From Rickettsiales bacterium UBA1997 (GTDB lineage Bacteria > Pseudomonadota > Alphaproteobacteria > Rickettsiales > UBA1997), in the NCBI GenBank assembly GCA_964202895.1, contig CAXNJM010000001.1, forward strand, positions 176,673 to 240,672: a stretch of 64,000 nucleotides of DNA. Direction: 5' to 3'. This document shows, piece by piece, positions 56,676-64,000 of this stretch (position 1 is its first letter; each line of letters opens with the position of its first letter). The translations under genes were made by a program, and so were the position numbers. The notes under the pieces were generated by a model. That model saw only the letters and a list, made by a program, of their open reading frames with translations, had not been told where the DNA came from and searched no databases.

Positions 56676-57305
56676 TTATTTTGAAAAATTTATTTTATTA
56701 ATTAATTTGTCTCTTAAATCGGGGAATCTAGCCTTTTCACCAAGCCATATCTCCATAAAATCTTTGATTATTAAAGGGTTGTTAATTTTTTCAATAAATT
56801 TTGAATTATGAAAAATTAATAAGTTATTTGAATCGATTTTGAGGGCAATTTTAATGTCTCCTTTTTTAATATCCTGAAAAGTTCTATTAAATGCCAGTTT
56901 ATATTCTAATTTTTGTTGCTGAGTAAGGCTTTTAAATCTTAATATTTCATCAATAGTTTTTTCAACTAAAAATTTTTTACTAAAATTTTGATTATATTTT
57001 ATTGCGATCGCAATTTCTGGATATTCTGCAATTGCAGGGCTTGCCGAACTCTGATTGAAGCGATTTTGTTTATTGAATTCGTTGTTTGAATATAAAAATA
57101 TGTCATAAATTTTTCTTCCAAAAAATTTTAATTCACCTTCTCCAATAAGAATTGAATTTTTTATATATTGATTAGTTGTTTTTTCTACTTCTTGCTTGAC
57201 CTCAGTATAGCTTGCATTTGCATTTATTGATAGAAAAATTACAATAAATGCAACAATCAAAAAGAACAATTTATGAAATATATTTTGTTTATTGATTAAT
57301 TTCAT
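56676..57305 (-). CDS. Exported protein, possibly chalcone-isomerase-like family
   Basis: The called ORF reaches 57368 but overlaps the purD 3' end. The internal ATG at 57305 gives 'MKLINKQNIFHKLFFLIVAFIVIFLSINANA' (a signal peptide). 'GEGELKFFGRKIYDIFLY' resembles the bacterial chalcone-isomerase-like pattern. Confidence 0.45.
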   Translation of the reverse strand: MKLINKQNIFHKLFFLIVAFIVIFLSINANASYTEVKQEVEKTTNQYIKNSILIGEGELKFFGRKIYDIFLYSNNEFNKQNRFNQSSASPAIAEYPEIAIAIKYNQNFSKKFLVEKTIDEILRFKSLTQQQKLEYKLAFNRTFQDIKKGDIKIALKIDSNNLLIFHNSKFIEKINNPLIIKDFMEIWLGEKARFPDLRDKLINKINFSK

Positions 57306-57313
57306 TTTAATTT

Positions 57314-58597
57314 TTAAAAATTTTCTGCTTTTTTTGCTATATCTGTTCGATAAAAACCATCTTGCCAATCAATTTTATCTATCGCTTCATAGGCAATAGA
57401 TCTGGCTGTTTTAAAGTTGTTTGCTTTAGCGATAATATTCAACACTCTTCCACCGTCAGAAGTCAATTCTTGATTATTTAATATTGTGCCCGCATGCAAA
57501 ATAGACAAATTATTAACTTTATCAAGACTTTCATCTATTTTTATCGTTGTGCCTTTTTTATAATTTTCAGGATATCCCTTACTTGCCATTACAACGCAAA
57601 CCAATTTTGATTGCTCGTCAAATTCAATTTTAATTTTATCTAGATCTTGATTTATTGCAGATTCAATAATTGAAAGAAAATCGGTTTTAATTCTTGGTAA
57701 AATAACTTGAGCTTCTGGGTCTCCAAAGCGAATATTAAATTCAATTAATTTTGGTTCATTTTTAACAATCATTAGGCCAGCGAACAATATGCCTGTAAAG
57801 CTTGCATTTAATCTATCCATAGCCTTTAAGGTTGGTCTAATGATTTTTCTAATTATTTTTTCCTCAAGATTTTTATCAACAAAAGGTGAGGGTGAGTATG
57901 TTCCCATTCCACCTGTATTTAAGCCAGTTTCATTTTCGCCAACTTTTTTATGATCATGAGCAAATCCAAGTGGAATAAAGTTTTTTCCATCGCAAATTAT
58001 AAAATAACTAACCTCAAACCCCTCCATAAACTCTTCGATGATTATTCTTTTACCGGCATCGCCAAATTTTCCACTAAATATTTGATTTATTGCTTCCTTT
58101 CCTTCTTCGAAGTTTTTTGGAATTATTACTCCCTTACCAGAGGCTAATCCGTCTGTTTTAATAACGGTTGGAAATTCAACTTGTTTTAAAAATTCAATTG
58201 CAAGATTTGCATCGTCAAATGTTTTGTAATGAGCCGTAGGTATTGAGTTTCTTGAAACTAAATCTTTCATAAAAATTTTTGAACCCTCTAATTGTGATGC
58301 AATTTTAGAGGGGCCAAAAACTTTAATTTTATTTTCGTTCAATATATCAACCAATCCATCAGTAAGAGGCTTTTCTGGACCTATGATTACAATATCGATA
58401 TTATTGCTGTTGCAAAAATTAACAATTTCAATGTAATTGTCTGGCTGTATAGATAGCACATTTTCTGCTATTTTGCCTATTCCTGCATTTCCAGGAAGTG
58501 CAAAAATTTTTATTTTCTGCGAAGAATTTAATAATTGCTTGCAAATAGCATGCTCTCTACCGCCAGATCCAATAACTAGAACTTTTTTTATAATCAT
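57314..58597 (-). CDS. purD: Phosphoribosylamine-glycine ligase
   Basis: 'KVLVIGSGGREHA', an ATP-grasp region 'GKGV', 'EEFMEG.E.S', 'NIRFGDPE'. Confidence 0.93.
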   Translation of the reverse strand: MIIKKVLVIGSGGREHAICKQLLNSSQKIKIFALPGNAGIGKIAENVLSIQPDNYIEIVNFCNSNNIDIVIIGPEKPLTDGLVDILNENKIKVFGPSKIASQLEGSKIFMKDLVSRNSIPTAHYKTFDDANLAIEFLKQVEFPTVIKTDGLASGKGVIIPKNFEEGKEAINQIFSGKFGDAGKRIIIEEFMEGFEVSYFIICDGKNFIPLGFAHDHKKVGENETGLNTGGMGTYSPSPFVDKNLEEKIIRKIIRPTLKAMDRLNASFTGILFAGLMIVKNEPKLIEFNIRFGDPEAQVILPRIKTDFLSIIESAINQDLDKIKIEFDEQSKLVCVVMASKGYPENYKKGTTIKIDESLDKVNNLSILHAGTILNNQELTSDGGRVLNIIAKANNFKTARSIAYEAIDKIDWQDGFYRTDIAKKAENF

Positions 58598-58681
58598 ACG
58601 GTAATTTTAATATTCTTTTTAAAAATAAAATACCAGCAAAGCTTTATACTTAAATATTTAAAAAAATTGTTGCTGTGGTAA

Positions 58682-59740
58682 TTAATTTTTTTTCTTTTTA
58701 TCATTATCAGTGGATTTATCAGTTGATTTTTCTTCTGTTTTATTTTGTTTTCTTACGGATAAGCCAGCTTTTTTTCTTACTTCGACATCAATTTCTTCGG
58801 AAATTGAGGGGTTTTCTTTTAAGAATTTTTTGACATTTTCTTTGCCTTGTCCAATTTTATTGCCTTTATAAGCATACCAAGAACCAGATTTTTCAATGAT
58901 ATCATGCTTTGAGCCAAGTTCAATTAATTCTCCAAGATAAGAAACTCCTTCGCCATATATTATTTCAAAATCTGCAGTTCTGAAAGGCGGGGCAACTTTA
59001 TTTTTTACCACCTTAACTCTAGTTTCATTTCCCAAAACCTCTTCTTGTTCTTTGATGGCAGTTCCTTTTCTGATATCCAATCTAACTGAAGCATAAAATT
59101 TTAAAGAATTTCCGCCAGTTGTGGTCTCTGGAGAGCCAAACATAACCCCTATCTTCATTCTAATTTGATTGATAAAGATGATAGTTGAATTTGCCTTTGA
59201 AACTGTTGATGCGAGCTTTCTAAGAGCTTTACTCATAAGTCTGGCCTGTAGACCCATTTGATTATCTCCCATTCCGCCTTCTAGCTCAACTTGCGGAACC
59301 AATGCAGCAACAGAATCGACTACTATTAAGCCTATTGCTCCAGATCTAACTAGTGTGTCTGCAATTTCGAGTGCAGCTTCACCGTTATCTGGTTGAGAAA
59401 TTATCATTTCATCAAGGTTGATACCTAGGTTTCTTGCATAAGATGGGTCAAAGGCATGTTCAGCATCGATAAAAGCACATGACAGCCCTGCTTTTTGAGC
59501 TTCTGCTATAGCATGAAGAGTTAGAGTTGTTTTTCCTGAAGATTCGGGGCCGTAAATTTCAATTATTCTTCCTCTAGGATATCCACCAACTCCTAATGCC
59601 ACATCAAGAGATAAGGAACCTGTGGGTATTACTTCTATATCGGAAATTGGTCTTTGTCCAAATTTCATTGCTGAACCTTTGCCAAATTGTTTGTCAATTT
59701 GTAGTAATGCGGCATCTAAAGCCTTTTTTCTTTCTTCCAT
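58682..59740 (-). CDS. recA: Recombinase RecA
   Basis: '[17 protein letters not shown]', 'AFIDAEHA', 'VVDSVAAL', '[27 protein letters not shown]'. Confidence 0.98.
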   Translation of the reverse strand: MEERKKALDAALLQIDKQFGKGSAMKFGQRPISDIEVIPTGSLSLDVALGVGGYPRGRIIEIYGPESSGKTTLTLHAIAEAQKAGLSCAFIDAEHAFDPSYARNLGINLDEMIISQPDNGEAALEIADTLVRSGAIGLIVVDSVAALVPQVELEGGMGDNQMGLQARLMSKALRKLASTVSKANSTIIFINQIRMKIGVMFGSPETTTGGNSLKFYASVRLDIRKGTAIKEQEEVLGNETRVKVVKNKVAPPFRTADFEIIYGEGVSYLGELIELGSKHDIIEKSGSWYAYKGNKIGQGKENVKKFLKENPSISEEIDVEVRKKAGLSVRKQNKTEEKSTDKSTDNDKKKKN

Positions 59741-60114
59741 TTTTTCTCCTTTATGTTTTGTTGTTGAATATGTTATTATAGCTTAATGGAATTGCATTAA
59801 AACTAGTTAAATAGTTTTAAAATGCCATAATAACTGTTTATAGAAATATAATCTAATTTTAGAAAACAAAAATTTGTATTATATTTCTATACTTTGTGGT
59901 GAAAATTTTGTATCAAATTATTAGTTTTAATATTTTTTATTAAATTTATCAGTAATTTTTGATAAATATCTATAGATGAATCGTTTCCCCTTTTTATTTG
60001 CAGATTCTTATTATCAAAAGTCTTTCAATATAACTGCAAGAAAACTGCAATTGAGTTATATATTCATGCACCAAAACAATTATTTAATAGATTATTTCGG
60101 TGCATGAAAACTCA

Positions 60115-60999
60115 TTATTTTTGCAACAATTTTAACATTGTTTCGCCTAATTTCGCAGGGCTATCTGAAACTGAAATTCCAGCAAGCTTCATTGCTTCTA
60201 TTTTATCTTCAGCACCGCCTTTACCGCCAGAAATTATTGCACCAGCATGGCCCATTCTTCTACCGGGAGGAGCTGTTTTCCCTGCTATAAAGCCTACTGT
60301 AGGCTTTTTTCTGCCTTTTTTAGCTTCTAATCTAAGGAATTCTGATGCTTCTTCTTCATCTGTTCCGCCAATTTCGCCAATCATAATCATTGCTTCAGTT
60401 TCTGGATCCGATAAAAACATATCTAAGCAATCGATAAAATTAGTTCCGTTTACTGGGTCTCCACCAATTCCAATACAAGTGGTTTGTCCTAATCCAACTT
60501 TTGTTGTTTGATGTACCGCTTCATAGGTTAGGGTTCCAGAGCGAGATACTATTCCGATTTTACCTCTTTTATGTATATGGCCCGGCATTATACCTATTTT
60601 ACATTCTCCTGGGGTTATTATTCCTGGGCAGTTTGGCCCGATTAATCTTGATTTAGAACCGCAAAGTGCTTTTTTTACTTTAACCATATCAAGAACCGGA
60701 ATTCCTTCTGTTATGCAGATTATTAACTCAATTTCGGCATCAATTGCCTCAATGATTGCATCAGCTGCAAAAGCTGGCGGAACATAAATTACCGATGCAT
60801 TGCATTCAGTTTTTTCCTTAGCTTCAAAAACTGTATTAAAGATTGGTAAGTTAAGGTGAGTAGCATTTCCTTTTCCAGGAGTTACACCGCCAACCATTTT
60901 TGTTCCGTAAGCAATTGCTTGTTCTGAATGAAAAGTGCCTTGCGATCCAGTAAAACCTTGACAGATTACTTTGGTATTTTTATTAACTAAAACTGACAT
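60115..60999 (-). CDS. sucD: Succinyl-CoA synthetase alpha subunit
   Basis: '[14 protein letters not shown]', 'GPNCPG', 'SRSGTLTYE', 'MGHAGAII'. Confidence 0.97.
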   Translation of the reverse strand: MSVLVNKNTKVICQGFTGSQGTFHSEQAIAYGTKMVGGVTPGKGNATHLNLPIFNTVFEAKEKTECNASVIYVPPAFAADAIIEAIDAEIELIICITEGIPVLDMVKVKKALCGSKSRLIGPNCPGIITPGECKIGIMPGHIHKRGKIGIVSRSGTLTYEAVHQTTKVGLGQTTCIGIGGDPVNGTNFIDCLDMFLSDPETEAMIMIGEIGGTDEEEASEFLRLEAKKGRKKPTVGFIAGKTAPPGRRMGHAGAIISGGKGGAEDKIEAMKLAGISVSDSPAKLGETMLKLLQK

Positions 61000-61013
61000 A
61001 TTTTTTTATAATT

Positions 61014-62198
61014 TTAAAGAGTTTGATTGTTATTTACTGCATTTACAATTTTTTGTGCCGCATCATCTAAATCATTAGCGGAAATGATTGCTAGCCCTGA
61101 TTTTTCAAGAATTTCTTTCCCTAAATCAACATTGGTACCTTCAAGTCTTACAACTAAAGGAATGCTAAGATTAACCTCTTTTGCAGCCTCCAATATTCCA
61201 TTAGCAATAATATCGCATCTCATAATGCCTCCAAAAATATTAACTAATATTCCTTTAACATTGGGATCTGATAATATAATTTTAAAAGCGGCAGTTACTT
61301 TTTCTCTAGTGGCACCACCACCAACATCTAAAAAGTTGGCTGGAGAAGATCCGTATAGTTTTATGATGTCCATGGTTGCCATCGCTAAACCTGCACCATT
61401 AACCATGCATCCAATTTTACCATCCATTTTTACATAGTTAAGGTCATGATTTGATGCCTCTACTTCAAGAGGATCTTCCTCATCTAGGTCTCTCATTGTT
61501 TTTATTTGATCGTGACGATAAAGACTATTATCATCAAAATTAATTTTGGCATCGAGAGCTATTATTTCTCCTTCCACAGTTTCAACTAGGGGATTAATTT
61601 CAATTTGCGAAGCATCGGTTTTTATGAAAGTTTCGTATATCGCAGATACTAGATGAGAAAACTTTTTTATTAATTCTCCTCTAAGCCCAAGAGCAAAAGC
61701 CATTTTTCTGCTATGACAAGGCTGAATTCCAGTAGCTATATCTATTTTTACTGAAATAATTTTTTCCGGATGTTGTGATGCAACTTCTTCAATTTCAACA
61801 CCACCTTCAGTCGAGGCCATAAATACTATTGCCTTACTTTTGCGATCAACCACCACCGATAGATAATATTCTTTTTTGATGTTTGAGCCAGCTTCTATAT
61901 AAAGCCTTTTAACAATTTTACCTTCTGGACCAGTTTGAGGAGTAATTAATTTCATGCCAAGGATCTGGCTAGCTTTTTCTCTAACTTCGTCTATTGATTT
62001 AACAACCTTTACACCTCCAGCTTTGCCTCTTCCGCCAGCATGGATTTGAGCTTTTACTACAAAAACTTTATGTCCTTCGCTTTCAAGATTTTTAGCGGCT
62101 TCAACCGCTTCTGGTACTGAGAATGCAGGGTGACCGCTTGGAACTGGTGCTCCAAACTTTTTTAGCAAACTTTTTGCTTGATATTCATGAATATTCAT
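61014..62198 (-). CDS. sucC: Succinyl-CoA synthetase beta subunit
   Basis: '[13 protein letters not shown]', '[18 protein letters not shown]', '[15 protein letters not shown]', 'NIFGGI'. Confidence 0.97.
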   Translation of the reverse strand: MNIHEYQAKSLLKKFGAPVPSGHPAFSVPEAVEAAKNLESEGHKVFVVKAQIHAGGRGKAGGVKVVKSIDEVREKASQILGMKLITPQTGPEGKIVKRLYIEAGSNIKKEYYLSVVVDRKSKAIVFMASTEGGVEIEEVASQHPEKIISVKIDIATGIQPCHSRKMAFALGLRGELIKKFSHLVSAIYETFIKTDASQIEINPLVETVEGEIIALDAKINFDDNSLYRHDQIKTMRDLDEEDPLEVEASNHDLNYVKMDGKIGCMVNGAGLAMATMDIIKLYGSSPANFLDVGGGATREKVTAAFKIILSDPNVKGILVNIFGGIMRCDIIANGILEAAKEVNLSIPLVVRLEGTNVDLGKEILEKSGLAIISANDLDDAAQKIVNAVNNNQTL

Positions 62199-62370
62199 TT
62201 GAAACTTATAAAATTATTGGTTAATAATTGATATTACTGCATTTTTATTGCTTTTAAAATTTTAACTATTTATTTGGATTAAGTTATTTTTTTATTGATA
62301 TTTATATCTTTATCTAGTTAAAAACCGTTTAACATTAAAATTTAATTTTAACTTCGCAACAAAATTTTAG

Positions 62371-63156
62371 ATGAAAATATTACTGATAAGGGATATAGAT
62401 AAATCAAGAATAATGGCTAGAGACCTTGCAAATAAAGGGCTAGAAGTTATAATAGAGCCAGTTTTTTTAATAAAAAAATTAAAATTTAATATTAATAAAT
62501 TTGAAAAAAATTTAATTAATGTAATAAATAAAAATAATCTTAAAGATTTTAAAATAGCAATTGCTAATCATAATTTTGGAATCATAATAACTAGCTGTAA
62601 TAGCTGTGAGGCTATAATTCAAAGCGGAATACCACTAACAACAAAAATTTTCTCGCTTAGTAAAAAAATTGCAAATTATCTTGAAAATAAGGGTTTTAAC
62701 AATATTTTGATAGCTAGAGAAGAAAATGCTTTGAGTCTTAAAAATTTAATTTTGGAAGAAAATAAAAACTTGCCATTGCTTTATTTTAGGGGTTCAAACA
62801 TTACAATTGATTTCTCTAAAGATCTCTATAAAATGGGTTTTTTAATTGGTGACATAATTTGTTATAATGTTATAAATAAAAATGATTTTTCAAATAATTT
62901 TAAGAATTTTGTTATAACAAACAATTTACAACAAGCAATATTTGAATCCTTATTTATACCTATCTTATCAGAAAATACCGCAAAAATTTTTGTTAATTTA
63001 TTGATAAAAAATAATTTTTCTCAATATTTTAAAAAATCTAACTTTTTATGTTTAAGTAAAAAAATAGAAAATTTTATACTCTTAAATGGCTTTAAAAATT
63101 GCCAACTCTTGCCCGTTAATTCAATCGCTAATATTAGTGATTATTTGAAAAAGTAA
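62371..63156 (+). CDS. hemD: Uroporphyrinogen-III synthase-like protein
   Basis: 261 aa. 'MKILLIRDIDKS...LANKGLEVIIEPVF' and an overall two-lobed HemD-like layout. The sequence is divergent. Confidence 0.55.
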   Translation: MKILLIRDIDKSRIMARDLANKGLEVIIEPVFLIKKLKFNINKFEKNLINVINKNNLKDFKIAIANHNFGIIITSCNSCEAIIQSGIPLTTKIFSLSKKIANYLENKGFNNILIAREENALSLKNLILEENKNLPLLYFRGSNITIDFSKDLYKMGFLIGDIICYNVINKNDFSNNFKNFVITNNLQQAIFESLFIPILSENTAKIFVNLLIKNNFSQYFKKSNFLCLSKKIENFILLNGFKNCQLLPVNSIANISDYLKK

Positions 63157-63165
63157 ATTTGATTT

Positions 63166-64000
63166 ATGATTGAAAAAAATACAATTAAAAGAAAATTAAA
63201 AATTGCCAATGTCTTTTTAATAAATGTCGTTATCGCATTAGTTGTTTTTTTGATAACGCAATATTATCAAAAATTAAAAACAAAACAAAGTAACCAAACC
63301 ATTAAAAGCGAAAGCTTAGAAGAAGATTTTTTTGATATTTCTGACGAATATAAAAAATCAGAAAATAAAAAAGACGAAGATCTGCCAGATATAACGGCAA
63401 CAGAATTACAAGAGAAGGGGGTTGATTTTTTTTATCGAGTTTTTTTAAAAAATCAGGTTCAAATTAATTCTTTACAACAAGAAATAGCAAGCCTTAGAAG
63501 CGAATTTACAAATTATAAAAATAGCGAAAAATCAATTCAGATAATCTTTTCTTATATCGAGCTTCGAGAAAAATTATTTAAAAAAAATTTTTTAGATTTA
63601 GATTTTCAAAAGTCTTTTGAAAACTTTGATGCAATTACTAAAAATGACAATTTCCTCTCCGAGAGAGCAAATAAATTAAGGGTCTCATTATCTCTAGTAA
63701 GCACACACAGAGAGATTCTGCAAATGTTTGAAAAATTGATACCAGAAATAATTGCCACAAAGAAATTTGACAAAAAAGATAGTTGGTTTAACAATTTTCG
63801 TCATTATCTTGCTAAAATAATTGTCATTAGAAAAATAGATGATGAAAATTTATCTGATGTTGATGGAATAATAAGGTCTACCGAACACTTACTAAAACAA
63901 GAAAATTACAACGAAGCATTGAATGTTTTTATCAAAATCGATGAAAAATATTCACAAATTTCACAAGATTTTATGTCAACTCTTAAAAATTTAGCAGAAA
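63166..64000 (+). CDS. Membrane-anchored coiled-coil protein, 3' end outside window. Possible alphaproteobacterial Mic60/HemX-like protein.
   Basis: ATG at 63166. The frame is open to the window edge (278 codons), which is why the ORF track did not call it. It has an N-terminal TM ('IANVFLINVVIALVVFLI') and heptad-like regions, and sits directly after hemD. Confidence 0.5.
   Translation, partial: MIEKNTIKRKLKIANVFLINVVIALVVFLITQYYQKLKTKQSNQTIKSESLEEDFFDISDEYKKSENKKDEDLPDITATELQEKGVDFFYRVFLKNQVQINSLQQEIASLRSEFTNYKNSEKSIQIIFSYIELREKLFKKNFLDLDFQKSFENFDAITKNDNFLSERANKLRVSLSLVSTHREILQMFEKLIPEIIATKKFDKKDSWFNNFRHYLAKIIVIRKIDDENLSDVDGIIRSTEHLLKQENYNEALNVFIKIDEKYSQISQDFMSTLKNLAE

Noticed and set aside
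59741-60114. SOS/LexA box in the recA upstream region, and a sucD terminator at 60063-60108
   Set aside because: No GTTC-N7-GTTC or CTGT-N8-ACAG motif was found. The inverted repeat ttcatgcacc / ggtgcatgaa (60063-60072 / 60099-60108) has a 26-nt loop and no clear T-run on the minus strand. I do not call it a terminator with confidence.
60104-61437. Plus-strand ORFs 60104-60511 (135 aa) and 61027-61437 (136 aa)
   Set aside because: They lie antisense to the strongly conserved sucD and sucC genes and translate to low-complexity P/S/A-rich sequence. These are typical shadow ORFs of well-conserved genes.
1-64000. Alternative genetic code (TGA=Trp) as the explanation for the broken giant gene
   Set aside because: TGA terminates conserved genes at the expected length (for example kbl at 43283-43285 and the bioC-like gene at 18577-18579). 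All housekeeping ORFs are intact under code 11. Frame B and frame C boundaries require frame changes, not stop read-through.

Overview
This is a very AT-rich, densely packed bacterial chromosome segment. Its housekeeping genes look like those of a reduced-genome alphaproteobacterial intracellular symbiont (Rickettsiales/Holosporales-like). That placement is my judgement from motif recall, not a database search. Recognisable genes, in order: exbB(partial)-exbD, ribBA, a TonB-dependent receptor, piuC, ubiB, a TrxR-like ferredoxin-NADP reductase, ymdB, rplM-rpsI, ybaB, trpF, an APC permease, recR, folP, dnaJ, a bioC-like gene, gyrA, cmk, two tandem MFS genes, ruvC, ccmB, manC, a thiE-like gene, a fadL-family gene, a REC-REC-HPt protein, glmS, a dsbA-like gene, a PIF1/RecD-like helicase, plsC, tRNA-Thr(UGU), pyrB, pgk, an alpha/beta hydrolase, kbl, dut, an orphan RND pump, mraY, cimA, a GNAT, purD, recA, sucDC, hemD and a partial Mic60/HemX-like gene. 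No rRNA, CRISPR array, transposase or integrase is visible. TGA is used as a stop, so the standard code 11 applies. Three things stand out. (1) At 4662-6629 an intact 655-aa ORF is an internal fragment of an isoleucyl-tRNA synthetase. It lacks the HIGH/editing half and the C-terminal third, and a RimJ/RimL-type GNAT domain is spliced in frame into its catalytic core. It lies next to a TonB-receptor/PiuC uptake pair. (2) At 49992-56111 there is a minus-strand orphan locus. About 5 kb of continuous coding sequence for a giant N/K/I/Q-rich protein is spread over three frames. Both joins are -1 shifts, one at an A7 tract. The middle 457 codons were missed by the ORF track because they hold no ATG/GTG/TTG. 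The locus shows strong compositional mosaicism and an E/K-rich helix, and is followed by a Q-rich 211-aa orphan and a GNAT. (3) At 56322-56512, just upstream of that locus, a GC-rich island holds 33-bp tandem palindromic repeats and terminator-like hairpins. Other orphan or unusual genes are reported separately: an HExxH protein, a start-codon-less ORF next to gyrA, a hydrolase with an NLS-like basic tail, and a RibBA with a degenerate cyclohydrolase domain. All functional calls come from reading the translated ORFs against motifs I remember, and no searches were run.
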